Below are positions 13,080 through 26,683 of a stretch of 64,000 nucleotides of DNA, one piece after another. The translations under genes were made by a program, and so were the position numbers. The notes under the pieces are model-generated. The model worked only from the letters and a program-made list of their open reading frames with translations, had not been told where the DNA came from and did no database searches. The stretch lies in NCBI RefSeq assembly GCF_036321535.1, contig NC_087436.1:24678001-24742000 (forward strand), given 5' to 3'. This DNA comes from Camelus dromedarius (Eukaryota). Position 1 is the first letter of the stretch. Each line of letters opens with the position of its first letter.

Positions 13080-13615
13080 CAAGTCCACATTCATCACTGT
13101 GCCCTTTAAGGCATTCTGTGGTTTCATTATAACCTGCCCATCTAGCTTTTTCTCACATAACTCTCCAACCTCCATCCCCTTCTCTCCAGTCAGCCTGGCC
13201 TCTTCTCTTTCCCTCTTACTTATCCTGCCTGCTGTTCGTGTTCTCTGATTTTACTCACACTCTCTCCGCTGCCTGAAGTGCCCTTCTCTGCTTTGGTACC
13301 CAGCCGAATCATACATCCCCCAAGGACAAGCTCAAGTTCCCTCTCTTCTACCAACAATTCCCCGTAGCTCCACCCTGCCTGCTCTGACCAAACATAATGT
13401 TGTCTGTACCTTATATTTTGGTCTTGGTTACATAACTTTATTGCATTGCTCTATCCTAGCTTGCATCCTGTAATTGCTACAGCATCCATGTTTTATTCCC
13501 AGGAACATTGCAAACTCCTTGACAGGAGGGACTGTACTATATATTTCTTTTATAGTCCACACAGTGCGGAGCACAATGCTAGGCGGGCCCTCAATAAATA
13601 TGTATTGAATTAAAT
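13080..13615 (+). mobile_element. L2 3' end
   Basis: GCAAACTCCTTGACAGGAGGGACTGT...GCACAATGCTAGGC...CTCAATAAATATGTATTGAATT. Confidence 0.8.
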
Positions 13616-14086
13616 TGGATATGGTACAGACTACATTTGAACCTTCACAGAATTCTTTTCATGAATTAGAGGGGACTAGACAGGAGGATTATTGGAGGGA
13701 ACCACTCAAGTAGATTCAGTCTCAGCAAGTACACATGAGGATGCAGGACTCCATTGCAGCTTCTTGGAAAGACAAATAGGTAAACTGGGATCTGGAGCCA
13801 AGGGTGGAAAGAGGAAGACTCTGCCAGAGCAGAGAGAGAGCTCAAAACAAGCCCTGTGCCCCCTTAGCAAAGGGGCTGCCAAGGACTTCTGTTTTCAGAA
13901 GTTATTAACAAGTTAAATAATTTGGCAATGTGCTCTTATGTAGTCAAGAGATTTGCTAACCAAATATCTTGCTGGGTCAGCAAAAGAACATAGCTCTCAA
14001 TAATTTCTGCACAGGTGGAGTGAAGTGTTTGCAGAGTTTTATTCATTAAAAACACTTCTATTTCTTTTTACTGCTCTCTGCTCTCA

Positions 14087-14088
14087 AC

Positions 14089-14122
<34 letters not shown>

Positions 14123-14123
14123 T
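14087..14123. repeat. (CT)n(CA)n compound microsatellite
   Basis: Directly visible. Confidence 0.95.
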
Positions 14124-14859
14124 GATATGCACACACATAAACATTCTCTCTTTCAATTGGATAGTTATCACTGAATATTTGGGATGATAATATTCTCTCC
14201 TAAGTGACTAGATTCTTGGAAGATTCCATGATTGTTTTTTCTTTACTTCCACCTTGGATTTGCATGTTTGGGGCTATGGAGGAAGCCCATGTGTGGAATT
14301 CGACTTATTACAGGTAATATTGACCCTAAAATTCTTGTTCAAACACAAAATGACTTATATCAAACCATTCACAACATTGATATATCCCTGGGAATATGTC
14401 AGTGTCATTTTTTAAGTATCTGGCTTTTTTCCCTCTTGGCCTTATTTCTGTACTTGGAGCTTGTGGGTTATTGTCAGGAACAATTCCCCAAGCAGTTCCG
14501 AAAAGATAGAAACCTAATATTCCATAAGCACAGATTGGGATTAAACTCAGGGGACTATTTTGTCAATTTCCTTGCTTTCTGGTAGGAGAGAAATTATAAA
14601 ACATTTCCATTCACTTGATTGCAATTGAAAATCCTTAAATATCTCCAGGGAAAAACATGCCACCAGCTCACTAGGAAACAGTCTCTGATGTCCCATAAAT
14701 GCTATCAAATATCACGCAGTTGTTCTCTAGAAGGAAATATTTTTCCATCTCCTCTCTTTCCTCTCCCTCCTTTGCCTCATTCTTGGTATGTGATTTTGAA
14801 GCAATGACTTGTTTCCATTTGAAAGCTCTCCAATTCCGCTAAGGAGATAGTTTCATGGG

Positions 14860-15710
14860 ATGTCACAGATATTGCTGCCTGGCTGGCCCATCTCAGAGCC
14901 TTATAACTTTACCTCCCAGCCGAGTGTGACCACATGACAAGGTTCTGGCTAAACAGAGGATGCTGTTGACAGACTTCCACAACAGTAAGGTGATTTGTGT
15001 TATTCAAGTGACTAACTTTGTAATAATTTGTTACAGTAGTGAAGCCACTGTGGAAAACAGGACAAAAGTTTCTCAAAATATTAAAAATATGATCGAGCAA
15101 TGCCACTCCTGAATATGTATCTGAAAAAAATCAAATCACTAGTTTGAAAAGACACACTCCAATGACCATAGCAGCACTATTTACAATTGCCAAAGTATGG
15201 AAGCATCCTAAGTGTCCATCAGCAGATGAACAAATAAAGAAGATGTGGTTCATACATACCCTGGAATATTACTCAGCCATAATAAAGAGTGAAATTTTGC
15301 CATTTGCAGCAACATGGATGGACTTGAAGGACATTATGCTAAGTGAAATAAGTCAGAGAAAGACAAATACTATATGCTATTATTTATATGTGGACTCTAA
15401 AAGATATAACAAACTAAGTGAATATAATAAAAAAGAAGCAGACTCACAGATATAAAGAACAAACTAATGGTTACCCGTGGGGTGCAGAGGGGCAATACAG
15501 GGGTGAGGGGCTGAGAGGTACAAACTACTGGGTGTAAAATAGGCTCGAGGATGTATTGTACATGGGGAACAGAGCCAATATTTTGTAATAACTGTAAATG
15601 GATTGTAACCCTTAAAAATTGTGTTAAAACTATATATGAAGGAAAAACAAATAAAAAATTTTAAAATGCAAAAAAAAAAAAGGTTACAGCAATAATAGGA
15701 AACAAATATA
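14860..15710 (+). mobile_element. MLT1 LTR remnant split by an L1
   Basis: TGTGACCACATGACAAGGTTCTGGC; the MLT1 3' terminus ...TAATTTGTTACAG|CAATAATAGGAAACAAATATA rejoins across the L1. Confidence 0.65.
15041..15681 (+). mobile_element. 5'-truncated L1 with degenerate TSD
   Basis: ORF 15144-15455 resembles the L1 ORF2 C-terminus (TPMTIAALFTIAKVWKHPKCPS...LEYYSAI); poly-A; GTTACAG(T/C)A(G/A)T on both flanks. Confidence 0.93.
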
Positions 15711-16279
15711 CTAGGTTTGCTTGTTTTCTGACTCAAATTCCTTATTCTGAATAACTCCCCACAATCTCCCTATTCTCCCCACTCTACTTTGTGTTATGAG
15801 ACCTATTAGTCTTGTTAGTCCATTGGCATTTCAGACAATAAAATAAAAACAGGCACTTAAATTCTTGTTCCTTTGTGGAACTCCTCTCAGGTGCCTAGTA
15901 AATACAGCCATTACATGAAGATGGCGCTGCTGAGCCCACTTGGTCACATCCGTCCTCACTTTCAACTTGTATTACTATAGCAACCTTTTCTGTGTTCTCC
16001 ATACTGTATTTTATCCCTGTAACTCTGAGTAAAAATATATCTTTCGAATATTCCACTTTTATCATGATAAAAATATGCAATTTTTATCACTTGCTCATGG
16101 CAGTCCCTGATCAAGGATCTACATTGGTTCTCTGTTTCCTAATAAATTGAGACAATTAAGACAGTCTTCTTCTTAGCCATCATCATCTGATCCTACTCTG
16201 AATTTCCAACCTGAGCTTTCTGTTTGACAGAGTTACTCTCTTCCTATCTAACCATATTCCAAGCCATAATAAATCCTTG

Positions 16280-16385
16280 TCTTTTTTCCTTTTTTCTTTT
16301 CTTTTAAAAACTTCCTTCCTTCCTTCCTTCTTTTCTTCCTTTCTTCCTTCCTTTCTTTCTTTCTTCCTTTCTTTCTTTCATTTTC
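16280..16385. repeat. (CTTT/CTTC)n pyrimidine repeat
   Basis: Directly visible. Confidence 0.92.
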
Positions 16386-17947
16386 CACTGACATTCTGTA
16401 CATTCTTTAAAGGTTCACTTATGTTATCAAACATCTCTGACTCTTCTAACTTTTGGTGACTTTCCCTTACCTGATTGCTGAACTATACTTGGTACCACCT
16501 ATGTGGTTTTATATGTGAATCAAGGGTTATATTCCTGTGATTCAAGGCAGAGCACGTGGTAATAACACAAATGGATTCATACTTCGTTGATCCCTTTCTC
16601 TCTCAACTTCTACACTCCTCCCTCATTACTGTGTAACCAATGCCAAAGATTCTCCATAGAGCTAACCGTAGATAGGGAGAGTGGGTTCAGAAGCTGTTAA
16701 TGGACCAGATCTGAAACTGGATGCAATCAGGATTGTGTTCATTCCACCTGAGCAAACTGTCTCTGGAAGTGCTTGGCAAATACTGGAATTTTATCTGTTT
16801 ACTTGATTGACTGAACAGTATTTTTAGAACACTCTCATGTCTTTTTCATCACATCCCCCTTTAAGTGTGTAAGCACCACCACCACCACCATCATCATTTA
16901 AAGCTTCCAGTATTTTCTTGAAAATGTAATCCAGATATCAGGTCTGAAACTCCTGCCTTACTGGGGGTCATCTGTCTTGGATATTTAAATAAAATTTGGT
17001 TTATGTCTCCATTCCAATGGGAAACTCGGTGTTTCTTCCATTATCTTTAGGATTCCAGGGAAGTGACATTTTCCATCTTCCCTTCTGGCTGTGAGTTCCT
17101 ACTTTGGTTCCAGATTTTATTTCCGGTTTGCATTTTGCCCTCTTGGATGTTGTTTCTTTTCTTGCCTGATATTATCCTGATGCATACTGCCCTTATCCAA
17201 TGTCTTTTCTCTCCAAAGTCCCACCAACTTTAGCTGCTGTGTATTGCAGACTTTATGAAGATTTAGCAGTTGATAGTGGTTGACCTGGAGGGTTAGAGTG
17301 TCTGTGTTTATTGCTTCTATTAAAAGCATATTAGACATTCATATTCTAACCTTTAGATAGACCTGCCTTAAAAAGCACTGGTCATTTCTTCTACCATGCC
17401 AGGGGCACCTCTCTCTTCTTTAATTTCTCCTCTTTCCTCCTAGGTTATGATTCCTGTCCACTTCTAGGGGAAAACTATTTAGATATTCATATTTTTAAAT
17501 TGTGCTCTAAGATTTTTAATAACAATTGCTCACATGTAAGTAGCCGTGAAAGGCTACAGTGTTTATTGACCTGTAAATTATTTTTACCTATACTTTAGAA
17601 TAGCTGTTTTTTATATCCACCAGGTTAAATTGCTAGTCTTATCATTGTTGCATAAAGTATAACTAAGGTAATTCAAATAAATTTGTCAACTGTTCTCTTA
17701 ATTTTGGTTTGTTGTCTGGGCTTTCAAGTGTTGTTACACAAGTTAAGCCCCTCCTTTGCTTTTAAGGAATTCTAAAGAATCTAAGGAAATATTTATAAAC
17801 TCACCTACAGTAGTGATGTTATTTATGTCAGAATAAAATATGATGTCACCTCAATATTTTCTAGTTTTTCTGAAATATTTATGACAGTTACTTCTAGGAC
17901 CATTGAGACTTACGCATCTACACAAAGCCAAGCTGCTAGAAAGGGAA

Positions 17948-18690
17948 ATTTTCTTTTCTTTCTTTTTTTTTCATTGAAGTATAGTAGATTTATAATGTTG
18001 TGATAATTTCTGGTGTAGAGCATAGTGATTCCTTTATATATGTGTGTGTATATTTATATATGTGTGTATATATATATATATATTATATTCCTTTTCATAT
18101 TCTATTTCATTACAAGGTATTGAATATAGTTCCCTGTGCTATACAGTAGGGCTTTGTTGTTTATTTTACATAGAGTAGTTAGTATCTACAAATCCCAAAC
18201 TCTCAATTTATCCCTTCTCACTCCCATACCCCATGGGTAACCATAAGTTTGTTTTCTATGTCAATGAGTCTGTTTCTGTTTTGTAAATAAGTCCATTTGT
18301 GCCCCACCCCTTTTTTTAGATTCCACATATAAGTGATATCATGAGGTACTTTTCTTTCTCTGTCTGACTTACTTCACTTAGTATGATGATCTCCCAGTCC
18401 ACCTATGTTGCTGAAAATGGCGTTATTTTATTCTTTTTTATGGCTGAGTAGTATTCCACTGTATAAGTATACCACATTTTCTTTATCCAATCATCTGTCA
18501 GTGGACATTTCGGTTGCTTGCATCTCTTGGCTATTGTAAACAGTGCTGCTCTGAACATTGGGGTGCATGTATCTCTTTGAATTAGAGTTTCCTCTGGGTA
18601 TATGCCCAGGAGTGAGATTGCTGGATCATATGTAAGTCTATTTTCAGTTTTTTAAGGGCTCTCCATACTGTTTTCCATAGTGGCTGAACC
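17948..18690 (-). mobile_element. 5'-truncated L1
   Basis: T-tract; ATTGAAGTATAGTAGATTT; AGATTCCACATATAAGTGATATC; GGAGTGAGATTGCTGGATCATA. Confidence 0.95.
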
Positions 18691-18889
18691 CATTTAGATA
18701 TTCTTTTGTCTTGTCTTAGAAGATTCAAGCCAAGCCTTGTGGGCTTCAAGTTTATAATCAAACATGTTTATTCAGAAGTGTTCCTAAACAAAGATGGTTT
18801 CTCCTTGAGAAAAATTCCACCAGAATGCACTTTTTTCTCTTTTACTATGAATGGATACCATACATCAGAATTGTGAAAACTGTAAAATG

Positions 18890-19010
18890 TTACCACTCCA
18901 TATCTTTGGGTATTGGGATTGTGGGTAATTCTTTCTTTCTTTCTATTTTAGAACTTTTTATTTTCAAATTTTTCTGTAATAAATATGTACTTATTTGCAA
19001 CTAGAAAAAT
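18890..19010 (+). mobile_element. Old L1 (L1ME-like) 3' end
   Basis: GGGATTGTGGGTAATT...TTTCAAATTTTTCTGTAATAAATATGTAC. Confidence 0.55.
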
Positions 19011-21289
19011 TGAACAAACCACTTTAATCCAAAACAAATATAAATAAAACAAAACTATTAAAGCTGATCAATACGTAAGTACTTATTATTTATATTTTGA
19101 AAGATTTATATGTCCTTTGGTTTTAGAGTCTAAACTTCTAAAAGAAGATAATTTTTAAGCAAGTTCTTTATAAGTATTTAATGCACTGTGGGTCTCCGAT
19201 AAATGTGAAATGATGTCTACTTGATTCTCTCCCTCAGCTGACATACTGGCACTGCTTCAAGACATTAAACCATTTTATGAGGAAACTTGATGGGTACAAG
19301 TTATTGCCCCATTATCAGTGTAAGACATGGAATAAAATACCCTTCAGTTGGGCCCATGGGAATTGGACCTGTAAAGCAAGAATAACTTTGAAGAGAAGGA
19401 ACAAAAGTGATCAAAATGGACACCAAGTATTGAAGGGACACAAATGTTAGAGAAAGATACAGTGAGACACAGCAGGGTAATGACTGTGGAACATGGGCCT
19501 TTTTTGGCCAAAAAAAAATTTTTTTTCCTGTTTTGTCCTTATTGCTGTCACTTTGTAATACCAACAATTCATTTTGGGCCAGCTGCTCTAGTGATGAAGC
19601 TTTAAATAAGGATACTGAAATAAGCAAGACACATGATGGAGTCATCTTTTACTATAATATATTTTCATAATGCCAAACAGTCCCCCATTTAATCAAGAGA
19701 TTGGCAGGACAGGGAAGAAGTTGGTAAATTTGCAGTTGGGATGTAATAAAAATGTTATAATTCATGGATGAGACACCCAGACTACATTATGTATTATGAG
19801 TTTAACTTGACTTGTAACTCTTTCTGGAATTTAAACTGTCATATCTGACCATATGTGTTGACTTTTATAGTGATTTAATGAGTTGTTTGGTGAAAATAAA
19901 TGTTGACAAAGTTACAAAATTTTTTTTCCTTTTTTTTTTTCTTTGAGCTGGCTATTTTGCAATAATCCAAGAGTTTCTCTTTCCCCATAATCCATGGATA
20001 GAATCTTGGCCTTGGCCTTGGATAGGTTTTGCTTATTTGCATGTTTGATCTTGGTGAATGGATCAAGGCAAAAAGAGCCTCACAGAACATAGTGATTAAC
20101 CTCTGGTGGTAGCAAGATTAATAGTGTAAGTTTGAAAACAGGGGCCCCAAAGCCCTTATATCCAAAGTGTCAGCTGTTTCCCCAGGGAAGGGTCTTGTCT
20201 TCAGGATGTGGTTTGGCTTCAGCTTAGTTTTGAAAGGGGAGCCCTGTCGCAGCAATTCAGACTGATGGTCATGATGCTGGACTTGAAGGGTGAATGATTA
20301 TCTTGTATGGACAAGCTCAATTTCTATGGAATCTCAAAGGAGCTTCTTCTCAAAGGAGGATTAATGCTGTGGATACTGAAAGAAATAAAATAATGCCAAA
20401 TTGTAGCAGTAACATAGCAAGGAATCTTCTCAAATGAGCTGTAATCTGAGCAGGCACACATTATCCAGTCATTAAGAAAAGTAAGGAACTACTAATTGGC
20501 TTATTATGTACTCTTTAATTGGTTCAGCTGACTTTTAGTTACGGCATAAGGGAATAAACAGGGAATCCTGTTTGGGGATTTGGCTCGGCCAGAGAGACCT
20601 CATGAAATTTCCCTACGTGATAAAAATGATTAGATGCACCACCATTTAGTAAACATAATAAAGAAATAACCCGTAATCTATTAAGAGCTGCCTAACCGTC
20701 CTGACTGTGTGGTCAATGAGCCGGTATGAACGTAAACCTCCCTGGGAATAAAGTGATCTAATGTGTGGGAGGGGCTGACCTCCTTTAGGGCACCCAGTAC
20801 CCTGAAGAGTGACTTATTCTCTTGTCCCACAGGCCATTTACCTCACAGGGGTGACATTTTTCTTACCCATGAGTTCCACCCCAGCTTCTGCTGTTATTGG
20901 CAGATGTAAAGGGAAGTGGAAATTTGCGGTAACTGCCTACATCCAATGGATGCCCTAAAACGTTTTTCTTCAATTGCCTAGATATTTCAGTCAAATGTTT
21001 TTTGGCCTCAGTGCTGAGTGCCTTAATTTTGCATTTCACTTTGGATATGCAGATTAGACGATTTCACAGGAGGGAAAAATAGTAAAGTTGTAGAAGGAAA
21101 AAGTTTTCCAAAGCTTTTGAGATAACCCATAATGCTATGTTAAAAGAAAATTTGCTTGTGTTACGCAGCCCAAGGATAATTGATACATTTGGATCTTTCA
21201 ATGTTGATTAAGCCAAGGTTTTAATATTTAGATCAATACAGATGGCTTATTATCTGAATGCTAAAAAAAACGGAGTTTGGTATTTTTAG

Positions 21290-21955
21290 CATCAGAACCC
21301 AACCACGTCTCACCACCTCCTCTGATAACACCTCATCGGAGGCGCCATCATCTCATACCCAGATGATTGTAAGTCTCTCCACTAGGTCTCCCACTTTCAC
21401 TGTAGATCTAGCAGCTGGGCCTCTTTTTGTCACTCAGCAGCCAGACGATTCCTATATTTTGCCATTCCCCCACTAGAAACTCTCCATGGCTTCTCATTTC
21501 ACTCATAGCAAAGGCCATGGTTCTCATCGTGGCCAAAGGCCCTGTGAGATCGGTCCCCAGCAACCTCTCTGCCCGCCTCTTGAGTCCTGGCCTCTGTTCC
21601 CACCACGCTGGCTTCCTGGCATCCCCTGATCACATGAAGCACCGTCTCCCCCTGTGATCTTTGGACTTGCTGTCTATTCCACCTGGAATGTTCTTGCCCC
21701 ACTATCTGCAAGGCTCAGTTGCCCATTTGGTCCAGAATCTCTGCTTAAATGGCCCCTTTTCAGAGAAGACTTTTGTGACTACTCTTCACAAAAATAGATG
21801 ATACCCTCAGTACCCTTTTCTTTCCCTTATTCTTCTTCCTAGAATTATCATCACCTGATATTTCCTGTGTTCATCTCTGGATCTGCTTATTGCCAGGCTC
21901 CTCCTGCCCCTAAACCTATGAATAAGGGCAGAGACTTTATATATGTTTTTCACTT
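21290..21955 (+). mobile_element. L2 (L2a-like), resuming at ~22461-22540 after an MLT1 insertion
   Basis: CTCCATGGCTTCTCATTTCACTCA...CCTGGAATGTTCTT...TCTCTGCTTAAATG...AGGGCAGAGACTTT; tail CTCAATAAACATTT after the LTR. Confidence 0.85.
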
Positions 21956-21957
21956 CT

Positions 21958-22460
21958 CATGGCAGTTTGAATTTTCCAAGATGGCCACAGATCTCCTGTC
22001 TTCTTAGAAGGTGACATTGTCGTTCCTCCATCAAGAGACGTGGGGAATCTGTGCTTCTTCCCCTTGAATCTTGGCAGGTCTGTGACTATTGGCAGAAATG
22101 ATGCTCTGTGATTTCCAAGGCTAACTCACAGAAGATGATACAGCTTCCCCTGGTCCTCTTGGGATTTCTTAAAGTCTCGAAACAGCCACCATGCTGTGAG
22201 GAAGCCCAGGCTATGTTTAACTGATGTAGCGAAACCCCCAGCTGAGGTCCAGCGTTGACTGCCAGACACGTGACTAAGGAAGCCTTTGTGATGACTCTAG
22301 TCACCAGCTGACTGCAACTATATCAGACACCCCAACAGACAACTGCCTAGGTTATCCAAGTCAACCTCCAGAACTATGTGGTATAATAATAAAATGATTG
22401 TTTTTTTTGAAGCCACTAAATTTTGGGATCTTTCATTTAGCAGCAATAGACAACCAGAAT
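21958..22460 (+). mobile_element. MLT1 (F/G-like) solo LTR
   Basis: TTTCCAAGATGGCCAC...CCCCTTGAATCT...CCACCATGCTGTGAGGAAGCCCA...GAAGCCACTAAATTTTGGG...CAGCAATAGACAACCAGAATA. Confidence 0.88.
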
Positions 22461-24393
22461 ATTGCTATGTCCCCCAAGGCCTAAAATCTCTGCTTAAATG
22501 GCCTGAAACATACTTCCTCAATAAACATTTTCTATTAGAGAAATGGGGCAGAACTCTGGAGGTGAAAAGAATACTATCTTCTTGTTAGAAACTTTCTTTA
22601 GTCTTCTCTAATCTAATGGCAACTCTTGATTAATTAATTTACATATCGTACATCCTCTTGTATATTTAGAAATTTCAGGTTAGCAGTCCCCTTTGGATTT
22701 TTAAATACATGTAAAAGAGTAGACATCTCACAGATCTCAGTAAAGGAAGGTAACTTAAGAGGAGGCTTAAACATGGGTTTTTTTGTATTTTTTTAAAAGT
22801 CATTAAGTTATATGTAAGTATCCTTGACAGAGGGAGTGTTAGTAAATCTAGAAAAAGACTTTGATGAGGAAGAGGCTAAGATCTTGGTATTTCCTGCTGA
22901 TTGCCCTTATCCTTGCTGTACAGGTACCCCCGACTTTTTGAATGTTCGCTTTACGCCACTTGGCTTTTACAGAAGACTTGTATTAGTACCTATTTTCACT
23001 AACCTAGATAAATCCCAAGAGGGTTTTCACATTTCTGAAAAGAAGCAAAAAGTGAAAATAGCGTTCAGTGTTTATTTTGCAGAAGCTGTTATAGAAGCAG
23101 TAGGGGACCCTGAACAGCAAGAGTGGCGCCACCAAGCTCCTTCCCAGGGAACTACACTCAGCATCTTAGCATCAAGCTGCCATAGCTTTGAACTGTGTCT
23201 GTGAGAATCTGTGCTTTATCTCTATTTATTTTGCACATTCTTAGTAAGATATGTCCTAAGGTACTTACTTTTTTGCTTTATGCTGTTTTGGCTTACATAG
23301 GAGCCATAGGAATAGCTCTACTTTTGGATAGCAGGGGAATCCAAATTATTTCTTCTGTTGTAATTGCTAATCATGACTCATATAGAGAATAGAAAAGCTT
23401 TAGCCTAGTTTATATTTCATATTATTACTGTAGTAGCATTTCAGACAAAAGAAAACAAGCAAAGCAAAGCAAAAAGAAAAAAGAAGAAAAGAAAGAAACC
23501 GTTTTAAAAGTCACCATAACTCACATGAAGCAAAATTGTTTTAAAATGAGTTTGTTTCTCACTAAGAAAGATCTATTACACTTGGAGCTGTATTGTTTTC
23601 CTGTTCACTACCCAATGTCAAAGCAATGGGGTGTTCTCTGTTGCAACCCTTAAAAATGTCACCTGTGTCCAACTGTAAAAGTCACCCAACCAGATTCAGT
23701 CACTTGACTTTAGATACGAGGGAGTCAAGTTTCTATCTTGGGATGTTTCAGAGAGGTCCATGAATGGCATTTCTTTCTTCATTCTTCGATTTAGAGTTGC
23801 TTGCTCTGGGCAGGCCTCTGCATCATGACTGACAGCTTCTCTGTCACCAATCTGGCCATTCAAACATGTAACTTGGGTCTTGAGGAGATGTGAGGTAGGA
23901 GGCCAGTGTTGGCTGTGGTTCTTTTTCTCTGAAAACATGCAGGACACAGGAAAGGGCTGTCTCATTTTCAGTCTCATCCTGTAACGTGTAAATATCCCAT
24001 CTCTGTGGCTCAGAGAGGAAACCTGAACAATGAGGGATGCCTCACGTAGGGGAACCATCTTCTCACTAACGCTTTCAACCCTCCTGCCTCTCTCTAGACT
24101 TCAGCTCCTGAGAGAGCAGAGCCCTTCAGGCCAGGATCTACATGTATTTCATGGCCCTTAGTCTGTCTTTAACCTTGGTGATTTTTTCTTGTATATCCAG
24201 GGGCTGACAGCAAGTTTGCAAAACAGCATGAAGGAAGAAAGTCACATTAGAAATTTAGTGTGGGCTTAAGGCAGAACACAAGGAGTCAGAATTTAAGACC
24301 AGGCACTCAGAGACTGTGTAGCTGTGGCCCAAGATGAGTTCTCCCAGCGGCCCTGCATAGAACAGAGACAGATCTTCCCTGCCAAGTGCCAAC

Positions 24394-24858
24394 TGAAGAA
24401 TGTCGCTTGCCACTCAGCTCTACAAAGATGAGATGTTAGCTGCTTCAGCCAATGACCTCCAATATACCCTGACAGAAAGGAGTTCAGGGTGGAGATCAGG
24501 AATGAGGCACTCTGGGCCCTGGGAAAAATGGGTGGGACAGGCCTTCAGATAGTTAGGTATTTTCAGAAGAAAAATTTTTGAACCCAATTTCTTTCTTTCA
24601 TCTTCTCATACCTAGAAAAGCACTAAAATAATTAACGGAGACATCTGCTCCTCATGACTAGCGGCAAACTTCCACCAAGATGTGTGCTTGACTGCACATA
24701 CCCGCCTCGCCAAATCATGTTTATATACTGACCTTCCCCGCTACCTCTTCAGGGCAGTCACTCAGCACTGTCTCCCAAGCTATTGTTCTCAGTAGGTCCC
24801 CAGATAAAAACTGAACTCATAGTTTTCACATTGTGTGCTTTTTTTTTTTAAGTCGACA
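24394..24858 (+). mobile_element. ERV1-type solo LTR (artiodactyl MER41-like), inserted in an MLT1 remnant (~24310-24950)
   Basis: TG...CA termini; 4-bp TSD CAAC/CAAG; MLT1 sequence on both flanks (TTTAAGCTACTAAGCTGTGGG...GTTTGTAACACAG). Confidence 0.75.
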
Positions 24859-25109
24859 CAAGCCCTGCATTGTTTTTGTTTTCAGTCCTGATTCTTTTTG
24901 TTTTAAGCTACTAAGCTGTGGGATAAGTTTGTAACACAGAAGTACATATCAGAAGGCCATTCCCAGTCCTACCTCCTAGAGGAAACCACATCTGACATTT
25001 CTATTTTTGGTATCTTCTGGTGGTTACTGACAAATATGTTAAGAAATTTTCTATTTTATGATTTATTAAGTGTACAGATTTTTGTCCTTTGCTAGGTAGA
25101 GACTGTTAA

Positions 25110-25450
25110 CTTTTTATTCATTTATATATTTTTGAAATTTTAAAAATTGATGTGTAGTTGATTTACAATGTTGTGTTAGTTTCATGTGTACAGCAAAGTG
25201 ATTCAGCTATACATATACATATATATATATTCTTTTTCAGATTCTTTTATATTATAGGTTATGACAAGATATTGAATATAGTTCCCTGTGCTATATAGTA
25301 GGTCTTTGTTGTTTATCCATTCTGTACACAGTAGGGTATATATGCCAGTCCCAAACTCCAAATTTATCCTTCCCCCTATGCTGTTCCCCCTTGGTAACCA
25401 TAGTTTGTTTTCTATGTCTATGAGTCTACTTCTGGTTTGTAAATAAGTTT
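25110..25450 (-). mobile_element. L1 3' tail
   Basis: ATTGATGTGTAGTTGATTTACAATG...AATATAGTTCCCTGTGCTATATAGTAGG...TGGTAACCATAG. Confidence 0.92.
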
Positions 25451-26174
25451 ATAAAATTTTATTTTAATTAAAGTGGATTTTTGTTTGTTTGTTTTTAAGA
25501 CAAAGACAATGATAAGACTTATAGTGGAAGAGCACTACATGGCTCCATTCCTCTCTGCCCCCAATTTCTGCTCCCCAGTGTCAACCCCTTTCAATTCTTT
25601 TAGCTCTTACCCTGGTGTTAACCTTTGAATTTCTCAGTAATATACTTATACCACAATTTTTAAACTGCAAACCCTGTCATCCACTCCTTCCCTACTATAC
25701 ACCCTTTGATTTCTTTATACTCTAAGTAGAGTTATTACAGCTTAGGGGTAAATTATTACTATGATTTTATAAATATTGTTCACGTTTGGGCTACTATAGT
25801 ATGTGCTTCAGTTATATTTTCTTTCTTGAACAATCTTCTTTTTTTGTCCCTAGAGTTAATAATTACAATTTTTCTTCTGCTCACCTTTTCATATACCTGT
25901 TAACACTTCAGCCTGTAACTGAAGTGTCTGTGAATGTAATTAAATATATATTTGCATTGAAGTAAGTGAATGCAACTTTTCTCTGCCATAAAATGCAGGA
26001 GATAATCTGTCAGTTCCACTTTCTTTTTTTTTTTTTCAGACATCCTTCCCAGAGCCCTCTGGCTTCCTGCTCAGATCTAGATTGAATCTCTTTGAGATTG
26101 CTTCCTGGCTTTTGTCCTGGGGCTTCCTTAACTTGAGAATTTCTTTTACTTCTCTTCTGGAATGGATCCCCTGT

Positions 26175-26683
26175 GTATTAGTTGTCTATTGTCATGTAAA
26201 AAGTCACCCCCAAACTTTGCAGCTTTAAATAATAAACAATTCTTTTCTCACAGTTTCTATGGGTCATGAATCCAGGAACAGCTTAGTGAGATGGTTCAGA
26301 CTCAGGGTTTCTCTTGTAATCATCTGAAGCTTGGCTGGGGCTGGAGAGTCTGCTTTAATGTTTACTCTTATTTTGGTAAACATTAAAGCTTTTGGTAGGA
26401 GGATTCAGTCCCTCACCAAATGGACCTTCCTATTGGACTGCTCACATCATGGCAGCTGGCTTCCCCCAAAGTGAGTGACTTGAGAAAGAGCACTAGAGCG
26501 CAACCAAGATGGAAGGCTCAGTGTCTCTTATAACCTAGTCTTAGAAGTGACTGATGGTTACTTCTGTCATCTTCCTTTTGGTCACACAGATCAACCCTTG
26601 TCCAACATGGAAGGGAACATTACAAGGGGGTGAATACCAGGAGGAGGGGCTCACTTGGGTCCACCTTGAAGACTGGCTACCAT
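26175..26683 (-). mobile_element. MLT1 (F-like) solo LTR
   Basis: TGTATTAGTT...TCTCACAGTTTCTATGGGTCA...CATGGCAGCTGGCTTCCCC...TGAATACCAGGAGG...GGCTACCATA. Confidence 0.9.

Noticed and set aside
15144..15455. 103-aa ORF
   Set aside because: It is a degenerate L1 ORF2 C-terminus running into the 3'UTR; the same applies to ORFs 1312-1647, 31453-31647 and 56063-56326.
22824..23204. 126-aa ORF and a possible plus-strand exon at 23083-23200
   Set aside because: Non-ATG start, no recognisable homology and a weak donor (TCT|GTGAGA).
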